A DNA stretch of 62,880 nucleotides from a virus, in the IMG/VR virus record IMGVR_UViG_3300038468_000027, positions 1 to 62,880 of that record. One strand, 5' to 3'. Under the pieces are notes generated by a model. It did not search any database. It was not told where the DNA came from and saw only the letters and a list, made by a program, of their open reading frames with translations. This document shows positions 25,361-35,427 of this stretch, one piece after another. Made by a program: the position numbers and the translations under genes. Within the stretch, counting starts at the first letter, position 1. Each line of letters begins with the position of its first letter.

Positions 25361-26218
25361 ATGTCTTTGATGCTTCTCAGCAGCTACGAACGCCTGCGGC
25401 GCTACATCAGCGATCAGGACGGCACGGCAATGACCGACGGCCACGGTCTGGAGCGTGAGTTGACCAACTGGATCATGTCAACTTCTCGCCAGATCGAGCA
25501 GTATTGCGGGCGGGAGTTTCACATCGAGAGCCGCACTGAGTATTTCGACGTGGACGCCCAGCGGTATGAGTTCTGGCCGAAGGCGGCGCCGGTCGTGACA
25601 CTGACCTCAATCTATGAGGACTCCGATGGCGAGTGGGACGGTGATGAGTCTGAGATCACCGACAGCTTTATCGGGGTCAACGGCGAGTCCGTGGTGTTGC
25701 CTGAGCCGATAGGGTATCAGGCGCGAAAGGCCGTGCGGGTGATCTATACCGGCGGGCTGGCGTATCACGGCGTTCGATCTACGTTTGCTGTGGCGTCCGG
25801 CGCGGACTTCACCGCAGCACGGTACGTCAAGGGCGGGACCAGTCTGGCGAAGGGCATTGTGCGGACCGCTGCCGCCACGTCCCTGGTAGTGGAGAACCTG
25901 TACGGCATCTTTGAAGCCGGGGAGACGCTGACTGAGTACACGGACGAGGCGTGCACTGCGGCCAGCGGAATCACCGAGGCGATCGTTTCAATCACCTACC
26001 AGTCCCTTGCCGAAGCGCATCCCGACCTAGTGCGGGCATGTGAGATTCAGTGCCGCCAAAACTACAAGCACAAGAGCGATTTCGAGATCACCGGGTCGAA
26101 CAAAGACGGATCGACGAATCGACAAGGCGGGATGCACTCTTCGATCATGTTGCCGCAGGCATTTCTTACCGAAGCTATTATCCTCCTCGAACCATACCGG
26201 AGGTTCCAGTATGCCTAA
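25361..26218 (+). CDS. Head-tail connector (gp6-like N-terminus) with extended C-terminal domain
   Basis: LRRYISDQD...LERELTNWIMSTSRQIEQYCGREF resembles gp6-like connectors. Confidence 0.55.
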   Translation: MSLMLLSSYERLRRYISDQDGTAMTDGHGLERELTNWIMSTSRQIEQYCGREFHIESRTEYFDVDAQRYEFWPKAAPVVTLTSIYEDSDGEWDGDESEITDSFIGVNGESVVLPEPIGYQARKAVRVIYTGGLAYHGVRSTFAVASGADFTAARYVKGGTSLAKGIVRTAAATSLVVENLYGIFEAGETLTEYTDEACTAASGITEAIVSITYQSLAEAHPDLVRACEIQCRQNYKHKSDFEITGSNKDGSTNRQGGMHSSIMLPQAFLTEAIILLEPYRRFQYA

Positions 26219-26843
26219 CGTCGGCATCACTGGAAACTTCGACGCGGTGAAACGTAAGATCGCGTTGACAAAGCAGCAGATCATTAACGCAACGAAAGCC
26301 GGTATGCGTAATGGCATGCATGAGATCAACCAGACTCAGGTGCGCACGCAGATGCGCGGGCGTCCTGGTCTCAACATGCGGCATGGTGGAGGGGCTGGAC
26401 TTTCCGGGTCGTGGTTCGTGCGGGAAATACACGGCATCTCCGACTCCGTGTACCGGCTCGCCACACGGTCGAAGTATGCCGCGGTTCACCAGTACGGTGA
26501 CGGTGGAAAGGTCTTTGCCAAAAAGTCAAAGATGCTTGCAATTCCAATAAGCCCACAAGCGCAGGGCAAAAGCCCGCGGGACTTTCACGACCTGATAATG
26601 ATTTCCCGTCCTGGACATCCACCGCTTCTCGTGCGGCAATATCGCAAAGGGGGTGCGGCAAGAACGGCCGGAGCAGAGCGGCAAATCGTCCGCGAAGACA
26701 TCATGTTCGTGCTAAAGCGGTCAGTCAAGATTCCAAAGCGTCTGCATCTCTTGGAGCATTTCAGATCGCAGGGCCGACAGATTATCCTTCAGAACATCCT
26801 GCGTCAGATGAAAAAAGTCGCAGAGATCAAGGGGACGAAATGA
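26211..26843 (+). CDS. Head-tail adaptor / virion morphogenesis (HK97 gp10 / Mu G-like) protein
   Basis: KYAAVHQYGDGG...AIPISP..G.SPRDF pattern; position. Confidence 0.5.
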   Translation: MPNVGITGNFDAVKRKIALTKQQIINATKAGMRNGMHEINQTQVRTQMRGRPGLNMRHGGGAGLSGSWFVREIHGISDSVYRLATRSKYAAVHQYGDGGKVFAKKSKMLAIPISPQAQGKSPRDFHDLIMISRPGHPPLLVRQYRKGGAARTAGAERQIVREDIMFVLKRSVKIPKRLHLLEHFRSQGRQIILQNILRQMKKVAEIKGTK

Positions 26844-27502
26844 AGCGCATTATCTCATTCGCCCTGTGGGGACAGAACACGCTCTATACGCACGGTGCAG
26901 TCCGCAACGCCGAGCGGTACGCGGAGTTCTATCCAGGCTGGACGTGCAGGTTCTACCATGACGACACGGTTCCCTCTGACATCCTGGAGAAGATCGCGGC
27001 GACCGGTGCGGAGATGTGGGTCATGGGGCGATCTACCGACGTACTCGGGATGTACTGGCGCTTTCATCCGATGTTCGACGACCCGCAGGTCGAGCGGTTC
27101 ATCGTGAGGGATACCGACAGTTTCTTCACAAAGCGAGAAGCCATGGCGGTGCAGGAGTGGATAGACTCAGGACTCCCGTTTCACATCATGCGAGACAATC
27201 AGGTCCACAACGTGTCGATACTTGGCGGGACCTGGGGAGCGGTGCCGGGATGCGTGCCGAACTTCCAGCGCCGGTTGTCGATGTGGATGGCGACTGTTCG
27301 TCCGCAGCCGAAGAACGATCGCGGACTCTTCCACGGCACGGATCAGATTTTCCTCCACTGCCTTGTATGGCCGGAGATCAGAGACAAGCACATGGCCCAT
27401 GTACGGGAAGGCATGGAGCATCTCAAGTGCACGACGAAAGACCGGTGGTTCCCAGTTCCGGTCGAGACGGAAAACGGACATTACGTAGGGATGGTAGCAT
27501 GA
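26840..27502 (+). CDS. Putative glycosyltransferase, uncharacterised DxD family (RDTDS)
   Basis: ATGA overlap with the adaptor gene. About 50% identical by eye to the N-terminal half of the next protein (IISFALWG..Y..GA..N....PGW.CR.Y ... ERFIVRDTD ... ILGGTWGA.PGCVP). Confidence 0.55.
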   Translation: MKRIISFALWGQNTLYTHGAVRNAERYAEFYPGWTCRFYHDDTVPSDILEKIAATGAEMWVMGRSTDVLGMYWRFHPMFDDPQVERFIVRDTDSFFTKREAMAVQEWIDSGLPFHIMRDNQVHNVSILGGTWGAVPGCVPNFQRRLSMWMATVRPQPKNDRGLFHGTDQIFLHCLVWPEIRDKHMAHVREGMEHLKCTTKDRWFPVPVETENGHYVGMVA

Positions 27503-28989
27503 ACAAAATCATTTCTTTCGCCCTGTGGGGAGATCAGCCGCTTTACATTGAAGGGGCAATCAACAACATTACCGGAAGGGACAAGTTTTTCCCAGGATGG
27601 GTATGCCGATATTACATTGACGAAACGACTGTGCCGACAGAAGTTCAAAAAACGCTGAAAGAGTCGGCTGGCGTCGAGGTTGTCAATATGGGGCACGCCG
27701 AAGATGTTCTCGGAATGTTCTGGCGATTTTATCCTATGTGGGATATCGAAAACGTCGAGCGGTTTATTGTCAGGGATACGGATTGTCAATTTACAGAGAG
27801 AGAGCGGGCTGCGGTGCTTGAATGGGAAAACAGTGGAAAGCCGTTCCATATCATCAGAGACAACCAGGCCCACAACATACCGATACTCGGTGGAACATGG
27901 GGCGCGATTCCTGGATGCGTTCCAGGAATGGAGTCTGCCGCAAGGCTGTTTTTGTCAAGTGTTAAAGAAACAAAATCGCAGCACCCAACTCGGAAGTATC
28001 ATGGAGTGGATCAGATCTTTCTGTGTCAATACGCTTGGCCATTAATCAAAAACAATCACATCGCCCACATTCGGGCTAACGAGCCAGGGCTGATATTTTC
28101 TGGCGATGAAGTATGGCTTCCACATCTTGAGGATGGCGGACATTTCGTTGGGATGCCGTGCGCCAAGGTTGATGACAAGCTGGTGAGAATCGAGAGCCAT
28201 CTAATCAATCACAATCCAACTATTCCGACTGACAAGACGAAGAAAAAAACATACGACAAAATCTGCATCATGCTTCCGACGTACAAGCGGCCCGAGCGGC
28301 TGCGCAAGTTCATTTTGTCGGCGCTCAAACACGCGACGGACCCCCACTGCCTGCGGTTCTGTTTCTGCGTGAACAAGAAGGACACCGATACCATTGTCAT
28401 GTTGGAAGAAATGTATTGGCCGTCTCCGCTGTGCTGGGAAATCGTCTTTGAGTCCACGCGCCAGCCGAATCTTTCTCTTTACTTCAACATGATGTATGAC
28501 AAGACGCGATTCAATGATGACGGAACACTCGTCACGATGTTCGGCGATGACATGGTATTCGTCAGCAACGGATGGGACGAGAAGTTTCTCGCGGCTATGA
28601 ACAAGGCAGACGGCAACGCAATCGTCTACGGCGACGATGCCTTTATCGCACACGACAAGTTAACGGTACACTTCTGTACATCGCGCAAGGTGGTCTGCGC
28701 AACCGGCCTGCCGTTTATGTGCACCAAGTATCACGCGGAGATGATCGACGTGGTGTGGACCAATGTCGGGCAGACCACCGGGATACTCAAGTATCTACCG
28801 GATGTCATCATCAAACACGATCACGACAGCGGGAAAACGGAGGACAAGTGGGATGACACTTTTCGCCGACTGTCGCCGCTACGTAAGATGGCAAACAGTC
28901 AGGACCGTCAACGTCCGGCTATCGTGTGGTCAACGGTCGCCAGTGCCAACCTAATCAAAAACGGGATAGGCCAATGGAACGTCCTCTGA
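27499..28989 (+). CDS. Two-domain glycosyltransferase: paralog of 26840 fused to a GT-A/GT2-like domain
   Basis: N-terminal half is the paralog (RDTDC). C-terminal half has ICIMLPTYKRPERL ... FGDDMVF. ATGA overlap. Confidence 0.6.
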   Translation: MNKIISFALWGDQPLYIEGAINNITGRDKFFPGWVCRYYIDETTVPTEVQKTLKESAGVEVVNMGHAEDVLGMFWRFYPMWDIENVERFIVRDTDCQFTERERAAVLEWENSGKPFHIIRDNQAHNIPILGGTWGAIPGCVPGMESAARLFLSSVKETKSQHPTRKYHGVDQIFLCQYAWPLIKNNHIAHIRANEPGLIFSGDEVWLPHLEDGGHFVGMPCAKVDDKLVRIESHLINHNPTIPTDKTKKKTYDKICIMLPTYKRPERLRKFILSALKHATDPHCLRFCFCVNKKDTDTIVMLEEMYWPSPLCWEIVFESTRQPNLSLYFNMMYDKTRFNDDGTLVTMFGDDMVFVSNGWDEKFLAAMNKADGNAIVYGDDAFIAHDKLTVHFCTSRKVVCATGLPFMCTKYHAEMIDVVWTNVGQTTGILKYLPDVIIKHDHDSGKTEDKWDDTFRRLSPLRKMANSQDRQRPAIVWSTVASANLIKNGIGQWNVL

Positions 28990-29561
28990 GCTGCGAAAAT
29001 CCGCTTCTGTCAATTTTGATTTGCTCGCTCAATGCGCGCAAGGTCATGCTTGACAGCATTGTCTCCAAGCTCTCCGGTCAGTGCAAAGGCAAAGTCGAAA
29101 TCGTGGTTGACTCTGACAATGGAGAGAAGGTTGTCGGCAAGAAGCGCAACGACCTCATCGCCGCGGCGCGCGGGGAGTACGTGGTGTTCGTGGACGACGA
29201 CGACGACGTGTCAGATGACTACGTGCAGAAGATCCTTGCCGCCCTGCGCACGCGTCCCGACTGCGTTGGAATGGAGGGGATTATCACAGTCGGCGACGCA
29301 TCGTCACTGTTCAAGCACTCGATTGAGTATTGCGGATGGTATACCGGGATCGACGGATACTACCGCACGCCCAACCACCTGAATCCCATCAGGCGATCCA
29401 TTGCGGTTGCCGTGGGGTTCCCGTCAAGCGTGCAGTTCGGTGAGGATCAAAGGTACAGCGAGGCCATCGTCAAGCATTTGAAGACCGAGAAGTACATTGA
29501 GGGTCCCATTTACTTCTACAAGTGCACGAAGAAACTCACGGCGGTACGGGTGCCAGCATGA
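28974..29561 (+). CDS. GT2-family glycosyltransferase
   Basis: LSILICSLNARK...VGKKRNDLIAAARGEYVVFVDDDDDVSDDY. Confidence 0.75.
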   Translation: MERPLSCENPLLSILICSLNARKVMLDSIVSKLSGQCKGKVEIVVDSDNGEKVVGKKRNDLIAAARGEYVVFVDDDDDVSDDYVQKILAALRTRPDCVGMEGIITVGDASSLFKHSIEYCGWYTGIDGYYRTPNHLNPIRRSIAVAVGFPSSVQFGEDQRYSEAIVKHLKTEKYIEGPIYFYKCTKKLTAVRVPA

Positions 29562-30634
29562 GACTGTTCAACGTCGATCAACACATCTCAGTCGTTGCCG
29601 ATCTGAAAAACGTCTGGCGCGACTTCGGCCACACGATAGAGGACTGGTGTCTGTCTGGTCACTCGTTTGTCTTTGGCCGCAAGGACGACCGGGACAAGAT
29701 ACCGGAGATGGCCGACGATGCTTGGTGCGCCGTGAGCAACGAGGACAGATGGGGCGAACTGGCGGAGAAATACCGGCCGGTCTGGGATCAGTACGACGGC
29801 TATGTCGTGACCTATCCCCCAGTATTCGCCCGCCTGTTCGAGACCTACGGAAAACCGATCATTGTGCACATTCCGATCCGGTTCGATTACGGGGTCCACG
29901 ACAAGCCTGAGCTTTTGGACAAGCTGATCACATGCCTTCGACAGAACAATGTTTATTTGTGCGCCAATAACAAATTCGACAAGGCATACGCCGAGGCATT
30001 TATCGGCAAGGAAGTGAGGCACATCCCAAGCCTCTGCCGGTATACCGGGATGCGGTACAATCCGACCGACCCGCGCATACTGGTTCAGGAGCATGTTCAC
30101 ATGGCGGAGCTTGACCGCAATATGTTTGTCAACAAGCACGTCGCCTTGAAGGCTGGATACCAATGGAGCGAGATGGCGAGATTCCGGGCCATCGCACATT
30201 TTCCGTATCAGATTTCTACCATGTCAATTCTCGAGCAGTACACGGCCCAGATACCGCTATTGTTCCCGACGAAAGACTTGATGCTGCGGCTGTGGAAAGA
30301 GAAGCGAGTCCTTGAGCACATGACTCACTATCCGCTGTGGCGGACGGCGCCAGGATCACAGCGCGCATATGCCCCAGGATGGGAACCGTCCACCGACCCC
30401 AACGCATACGACAAGGAGGAGGCCGTGTCCTACTGGTTGGACAAGGCCGACTATTACGACGCGGAGTTGATGCCTGATATCATGTACTTCGACAGCATGC
30501 AGGAGCTTCACGAGATGGCGGCAGAGGACATGCGACCCGCGCACTATGCCATGCTGGCAACGAACATCACGCGCCGGCAGTTGGTGTATCGAGAATGGGA
30601 ACAGGTATTTAAGGAGATCGCATGCGCTTCCTAA
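29558..30634 (+). CDS. Uncharacterised GT-B-like protein, tandem paralog 1
   Basis: About 45-50% identity by eye to 30622..31692 (M.F/L..DQHISV.AD.K..... PYQ.STMSI.EQYTA.IP.L.P). ATGA overlap. Confidence 0.45.
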   Translation: MRLFNVDQHISVVADLKNVWRDFGHTIEDWCLSGHSFVFGRKDDRDKIPEMADDAWCAVSNEDRWGELAEKYRPVWDQYDGYVVTYPPVFARLFETYGKPIIVHIPIRFDYGVHDKPELLDKLITCLRQNNVYLCANNKFDKAYAEAFIGKEVRHIPSLCRYTGMRYNPTDPRILVQEHVHMAELDRNMFVNKHVALKAGYQWSEMARFRAIAHFPYQISTMSILEQYTAQIPLLFPTKDLMLRLWKEKRVLEHMTHYPLWRTAPGSQRAYAPGWEPSTDPNAYDKEEAVSYWLDKADYYDAELMPDIMYFDSMQELHEMAAEDMRPAHYAMLATNITRRQLVYREWEQVFKEIACAS

Positions 30635-31692
30635 GCATCGATCAACACATCTCGGTAATCGCCGACATCAAGGCGATACTTCGCGCCATGGGCCACACGG
30701 TGGATGACCTGTGCCTTTCAGCGCACGCTCACATCATGGGCCGTGAGCAGGACCGCGCGCGCATTCCGGAACTGGCCGGCGACCTGTGGCAGAGAGTCAG
30801 CGACGAGAACCGATGGAATGAGGTTGCCGCGGCACATGCTGATGAGTGGAAGCAGTACGACGGATTCATCACCACCCATCCGCCGCTATTCGCGCGATTG
30901 TTCATTGACTTTGGGAAGCCTGTTGTATCGGTTATGTCCATTCGTGTCGATAACGGAGTTCACGACAAGCCGGACCTGCTCAATGCCTTACTCGATGATC
31001 TGCGCAAGCCCAATGTAATCCTATGCGCCAACAACAAGGTGGATGCCATGTACGGGCTGGCTTTGGTGCGAAAGCCGGTGGTGCATATCCCGAGCCTGTG
31101 CGCGTACACGGCAGCGCGGTACGAACCGCGTGATCACCGAGTATTGTCGTATGAGCACATCCCGGCGCCTGAGCTTGATCGATCGGTATTCGTGGAGAAG
31201 TCGGTCCTGGGCAAGGACTACAAGTGGCAGGACGTGGCGAACTTTCGGGCCGTGCTGCACCTCCCCTATCAGGTGAGTACCATGTCGATCTTCGAACAGT
31301 ACACGGCAGGCATCCCGATATTGGTCCCCGACATAGATCTGATGATGCGCCTGTGGTCAGAGGTCCGGGTGTTAAATCACTTGTCGAATGCGTCACTGTG
31401 GGGAACCGCGCCACAATGCGCCGTGGCCTATGACGAGGAAATCGCGCACCACGACCTTAACGACTATCGCAACGTTGACTCCGTAAGGTGGTGGGCAAAG
31501 TACGCAGACTACTATGATACCGAATGGATGCCGGATGTTATGCAGTTTGAGTCCTTTGGCGATCTTGAAATACTTGCCTCTGGAGAGCTTCGATACATCA
31601 GCGAGAACATGCGCGTCACCAACATCGAGCGACGGCAGCGGGTCTATGGTCTTTGGGAAGGCATCATGCGCAAGGCAAAGGACATGCTGTGA
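30622..31692 (+). CDS. Uncharacterised GT-B-like protein, tandem paralog 2
   Basis: See the previous entry. Confidence 0.45.
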   Translation: MRFLSIDQHISVIADIKAILRAMGHTVDDLCLSAHAHIMGREQDRARIPELAGDLWQRVSDENRWNEVAAAHADEWKQYDGFITTHPPLFARLFIDFGKPVVSVMSIRVDNGVHDKPDLLNALLDDLRKPNVILCANNKVDAMYGLALVRKPVVHIPSLCAYTAARYEPRDHRVLSYEHIPAPELDRSVFVEKSVLGKDYKWQDVANFRAVLHLPYQVSTMSIFEQYTAGIPILVPDIDLMMRLWSEVRVLNHLSNASLWGTAPQCAVAYDEEIAHHDLNDYRNVDSVRWWAKYADYYDTEWMPDVMQFESFGDLEILASGELRYISENMRVTNIERRQRVYGLWEGIMRKAKDML

Positions 31693-32549
31693 TCGGGGTT
31701 CACGTAGACGGCGACATCATCAACCGGGCGAAGCGAAACGGGCCGAACATTCGGGCTGTTCACTTGCTGCGCGAGTTGGACAAGATGGGTGTCGAGTATA
31801 CCAGAGATCGCACCATACAGGCAAAGAACGCCGCAATCCATCCCGGCGCGTTCAATGTTCTGTGCGACCAACTTCCCGCATGTACTCCGGTAGGACCGAA
31901 CATCGTTCATGAGGCGCGGGGACACACGGCGATCGGGTCGAAGTTTCACAATATCATCGTGCAGGGACAATGGGTCGCCGACTACTGGCGCTGGTATGAT
32001 CCTGAGATATGCAAAAACCTGACGTTTTACGTCTGGCCGAGCGGTGTTGACACAGAGATATACAAACCAGACGATACGCCAAAGGACATTGATTGCCTTT
32101 GGTACTGCAAGTACGTGAACCAGGACGCTCGGGTTGCGGTGAGTCAGGAACTTGCCAAGAAAAACCAGTCGTTTCGCGTTGTCGAGTACGGGCAATACGA
32201 GCAGGCTGAGATGGTTGCCGTTGCTGCGCGGTCGCGGTACTGCGTGTATAGTTCGTGCTGCGAGAAGTCTCCACATGCACTACTGGAGATCATGTCAATG
32301 GGCCTTCCGGCATTTGTGATTGACTCAAAGAAGTGGATTGGCGATGACAAGTTCGACCAGTGCACGTCCGCCCCGGACTGGTCTGATGAATGCGGCATCA
32401 AGTCCAGCAACGAACAGATCGACGACAGGTTCAGCACGTTCCTTGCCCGCTTGGATCAGTTCAAGCCGCGCGAGTACGTGTGCCGGGAAAGAACGATACG
32501 GCAGTTCGCGCAGCGGTTTCTGGATATCGTGGAGGCGTGCCATGTCTAA
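31689..32549 (+). CDS. GT-B (GT1/GT4-like) glycosyltransferase candidate
   Basis: SSCCEKSPHALLEIMSMGLPAFV resembles the E..(x7)E / EAMA.G.P region. GTG start overlaps the preceding stop. Confidence 0.5.
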   Translation: MIGVHVDGDIINRAKRNGPNIRAVHLLRELDKMGVEYTRDRTIQAKNAAIHPGAFNVLCDQLPACTPVGPNIVHEARGHTAIGSKFHNIIVQGQWVADYWRWYDPEICKNLTFYVWPSGVDTEIYKPDDTPKDIDCLWYCKYVNQDARVAVSQELAKKNQSFRVVEYGQYEQAEMVAVAARSRYCVYSSCCEKSPHALLEIMSMGLPAFVIDSKKWIGDDKFDQCTSAPDWSDECGIKSSNEQIDDRFSTFLARLDQFKPREYVCRERTIRQFAQRFLDIVEACHV

Positions 32550-33477
32550 GATGCGCGTCTTGGGATTCCCCTACTACCCGAACAGCGAATCAGGATCCGC
32601 GCGCATGCGGTTCTGGGCGCGGTTAGCAGCAATTGCCGAACTGATTGCGCTCAAGATCTTCGAGATCAGCGACGATCCCGGAGACTTCGACGTGGTCTAT
32701 TTGCAAAAAAAGTGCGACGCCGTGTCAATAGAATTGTGTGAACGGGCAGCGAAGTGCGGCGTACCGATAGTCTATGACTTCGACGACGCATTCGGCACGT
32801 TTGTCTCCCAAGAACTCGGAGTGCAGATGCTTGCGCGCGCCGACGCCGTAGTGACAGATACTCGATTCAAGGTTGACGCATACGGAAAGTATTCGCGTAG
32901 TCGCATGAGGGTCATTCCTGACGGCCTCGACTACTATGATAATTGGTTTGACATTACACCAAAGAACGAAGTTCGATCGGCCTGCACGTTTGGCTGGGAC
33001 ATCAACGTCGAGGCAGCGACCCCGTACATGCTCGCGGCAAGGCAGAATCTTGACGGGCCAATGTCGTATATCAGCAACAAAACGCAACCGGCCTATGAAG
33101 CAGCCGGCGTGAAGTTCTATAAGTGGCAGCAGGCTGACTTTTTGGCGAATCTGACAGCGCATGATTGTGCGATAATCTGTCACGGCGACAGCATCCATGA
33201 CCGCATGAGATGCACGAATCGCTTTCTTACCGCTGCGTTCTCCGGACTGTTGCCGATACCGCGGGATTCCATCGAATATGCGGAAATCGCGCTGCACCTC
33301 GGGGTTCCATTTTTATGCGCCCGCACGCCCGCGCATGTACCGAAGATCATTTCCGAGTACGGGTCACGGCGGGCGGAAATCATCACGGCGTTGCGTCCGA
33401 AGATCTGGCAGGAGTTCAATCCGCGCGTGGGCGGTGAAAAGCTATACGATGTCATGCGAGGAGTGTGTCGAACATGA
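32542..33477 (+). CDS. Hypothetical protein, possibly GT-B-like
   Basis: GGAGG upstream of ATG 32542; Rossmann-like alternation, with no firm motif. Confidence 0.4.
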   Translation: MSKMRVLGFPYYPNSESGSARMRFWARLAAIAELIALKIFEISDDPGDFDVVYLQKKCDAVSIELCERAAKCGVPIVYDFDDAFGTFVSQELGVQMLARADAVVTDTRFKVDAYGKYSRSRMRVIPDGLDYYDNWFDITPKNEVRSACTFGWDINVEAATPYMLAARQNLDGPMSYISNKTQPAYEAAGVKFYKWQQADFLANLTAHDCAIICHGDSIHDRMRCTNRFLTAAFSGLLPIPRDSIEYAEIALHLGVPFLCARTPAHVPKIISEYGSRRAEIITALRPKIWQEFNPRVGGEKLYDVMRGVCRT

Positions 33478-34580
33478 TACCGGTTTTCTCCAACACCCTC
33501 GGTCAGGAAGAACTCGTCGCAGTCGGCCGAGTAATGGCATCGCGTTGGCTTGGTGTCGGCCAGGAATGCGCGGCATTCGAGAGGGAACTCGCGGCCTATT
33601 GGAAAACGGACACGGTTTTGCTGCACAACTCATGCACATCGGCGACGTACAACGCGGTGAAGGCCCTTGGAGTCCGTGAGTTCAACGAGATCATCATCAC
33701 CACAGTCGGATTCGTGGCGACCCTCTCCGCCGTCCTGGACCTGGGCGCGGAGCCGGTATTCGCCGACGTGGATCCGCGCACCCTCAACATCCTGCCGTCC
33801 GAGATCAAGCGTCTACGGACCCACAAGACTCGGGCCGTGATCGTTTTGCACTACGGCGGGCACCCGGCGCCGATAGATGACATACTGGATGCCGCCCAGG
33901 GTATCCCGGTGATCGAGGACGCCGCCAACGCCCCTGCCTCTACGCACGCGGGGCGGGCCTGTGGTACGATCGGGGCCGCAGGGGTATGGAGCTTCGACGC
34001 GATGAAGATACTGTCCTGTGGCGACGGAGGGGCCTTGAGGATAGCCCCTGAGTACGTGGACCGGGCTCGGCGCCTGCGGTATCTGGGGCTGGACGAGAGC
34101 GGCACGACCGGCATGGCAAAGGCGGGATCCGGGGCGGATCGCTGGTGGGAGTACAATCTGACCGAGCCGGCCGGCCGGCATGTGTCCAATGACCTGTGCG
34201 CCGCCATTGGGCGCGAACAACTCCGGAAGCTGCCGGCATTCGTTGTCAGGCGCCGGGCGATCTGGGACACCTACCAGCGCGAACTCACGGGTATGGGCGA
34301 CCTACAGACGCCCCCGGAGCCAATGGACGGTTGTACGTCCAGCTACTACCTGTATTGGGTCCAGACCTCACGCCGGGACGCTTTGGCCGCACATCTCAAA
34401 GGTAGGGGCATTTACACCACCTACCGGTATCATCCGCTGCACCGGGCGTGGCGATATCACTGCGAGTTGACCAACTCGGAATCGGCATCGGCGCGAACGC
34501 TCAACATCCCGCTTCACCAGAACCTAACTGACGACGATGTGGGCATGATCGTTGAGGCTATATGGGAGTTCTACCGATGA
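33474..34580 (+). CDS. DegT/DnrJ/EryC1/StrS-family PLP-dependent sugar aminotransferase
   Basis: MIPVFSNTLGQEEL..., VIEDAANA, and SFDAMKIL (the PLP lysine context). Confidence 0.85.
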   Translation: MIPVFSNTLGQEELVAVGRVMASRWLGVGQECAAFERELAAYWKTDTVLLHNSCTSATYNAVKALGVREFNEIIITTVGFVATLSAVLDLGAEPVFADVDPRTLNILPSEIKRLRTHKTRAVIVLHYGGHPAPIDDILDAAQGIPVIEDAANAPASTHAGRACGTIGAAGVWSFDAMKILSCGDGGALRIAPEYVDRARRLRYLGLDESGTTGMAKAGSGADRWWEYNLTEPAGRHVSNDLCAAIGREQLRKLPAFVVRRRAIWDTYQRELTGMGDLQTPPEPMDGCTSSYYLYWVQTSRRDALAAHLKGRGIYTTYRYHPLHRAWRYHCELTNSESASARTLNIPLHQNLTDDDVGMIVEAIWEFYR

Positions 34581-34876
34581 GCATGCGCGACCACAATCAC
34601 ATGCTGACTATCTGCGAGGTCTTGCGCTGTATCAATGATCGGGTGCAGAGCAATGACCCAAACTCGGTTATGATCCGAGACATGCTGGCCCTGGCAGAAC
34701 GCATGGGCAAAAGCATGATGGAAAAGCTGCACAGCTACAGCGAACTGGCAGACCCTGTGTGGTGGGAGAAGAACCCGGAGTACGGGAAGCAACTCACGCG
34801 CACGGTTAGAGAGTATCGTATAGGTGATGCCGACGCCGCAGCGCGGGCGCTGGCACTACTGCGAGGTGAAAGATGA
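34577..34876 (+). CDS. Hypothetical protein (99 aa)
   Basis: ATGA overlap on both sides. Confidence 0.55.
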   Translation: MSMRDHNHMLTICEVLRCINDRVQSNDPNSVMIRDMLALAERMGKSMMEKLHSYSELADPVWWEKNPEYGKQLTRTVREYRIGDADAAARALALLRGER

Positions 34877-35427
34877 AGGCATACGTGGACTGCGGCGCGT
34901 TCCGTGGGCGCACCATAGATCGGTTCCTGAGCAAGCGCGAAGACCGCGACGAGTTCCGCGTGTGGGCATTCGAGTGTAACCCGTTGCTGGAGTCCGTAGA
35001 CTACGGGCCGCGTGTGACCAAGATTAGGAAAGCGGTATGGACTACCGACGAGGCGCTTCATCTCTACGTGTGTCCGTCAAACGTCGATAGTGAAGGAGCG
35101 TCATTGCACCGGGAGAAAACCACCGGCGAACTCGACCTGGCAAACCCGGTTCTGGTTGGCGGCATTGATTTCAGCAAGTGGGTGTCGTCAACGTTCAACT
35201 CGTTCGACATGCTCATCGTCAAAATGAACATCGAGGGCGCGGAATACGACGTGCTTCCGAAGATGGTCTGGGATAAATCGATCGAATTGATATCGGAGCT
35301 GCATGTGCAGTGGCACTGGCAAAAGTTGGGCATGGTTCAAGCGGCACACGAGCAGGTGCGCAGCATGGTACACGCCGCGTGTCCTGGAATCGTGTATGAC
35401 AACAACGATTCATGGGAGTCCCTGTGA
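34873..35427 (+). CDS. FkbM-family methyltransferase
   Basis: YVDCGAFRG...VWAFECNP ... IVKMNIEGAEYDVLPKM. Confidence 0.7.
   Translation: MKAYVDCGAFRGRTIDRFLSKREDRDEFRVWAFECNPLLESVDYGPRVTKIRKAVWTTDEALHLYVCPSNVDSEGASLHREKTTGELDLANPVLVGGIDFSKWVSSTFNSFDMLIVKMNIEGAEYDVLPKMVWDKSIELISELHVQWHWQKLGMVQAAHEQVRSMVHAACPGIVYDNNDSWESL

Noticed and set aside
27016-27498. N-terminal 161 codons of the 657-aa track ORF 27016..28989
   Set aside because: This part overlaps gene 26840..27502 out of frame, and its translation is Arg/Gly-rich nonsense. The real start is ATG 27499, the ATGA junction where the paralogous MNKIISFALWG begins.
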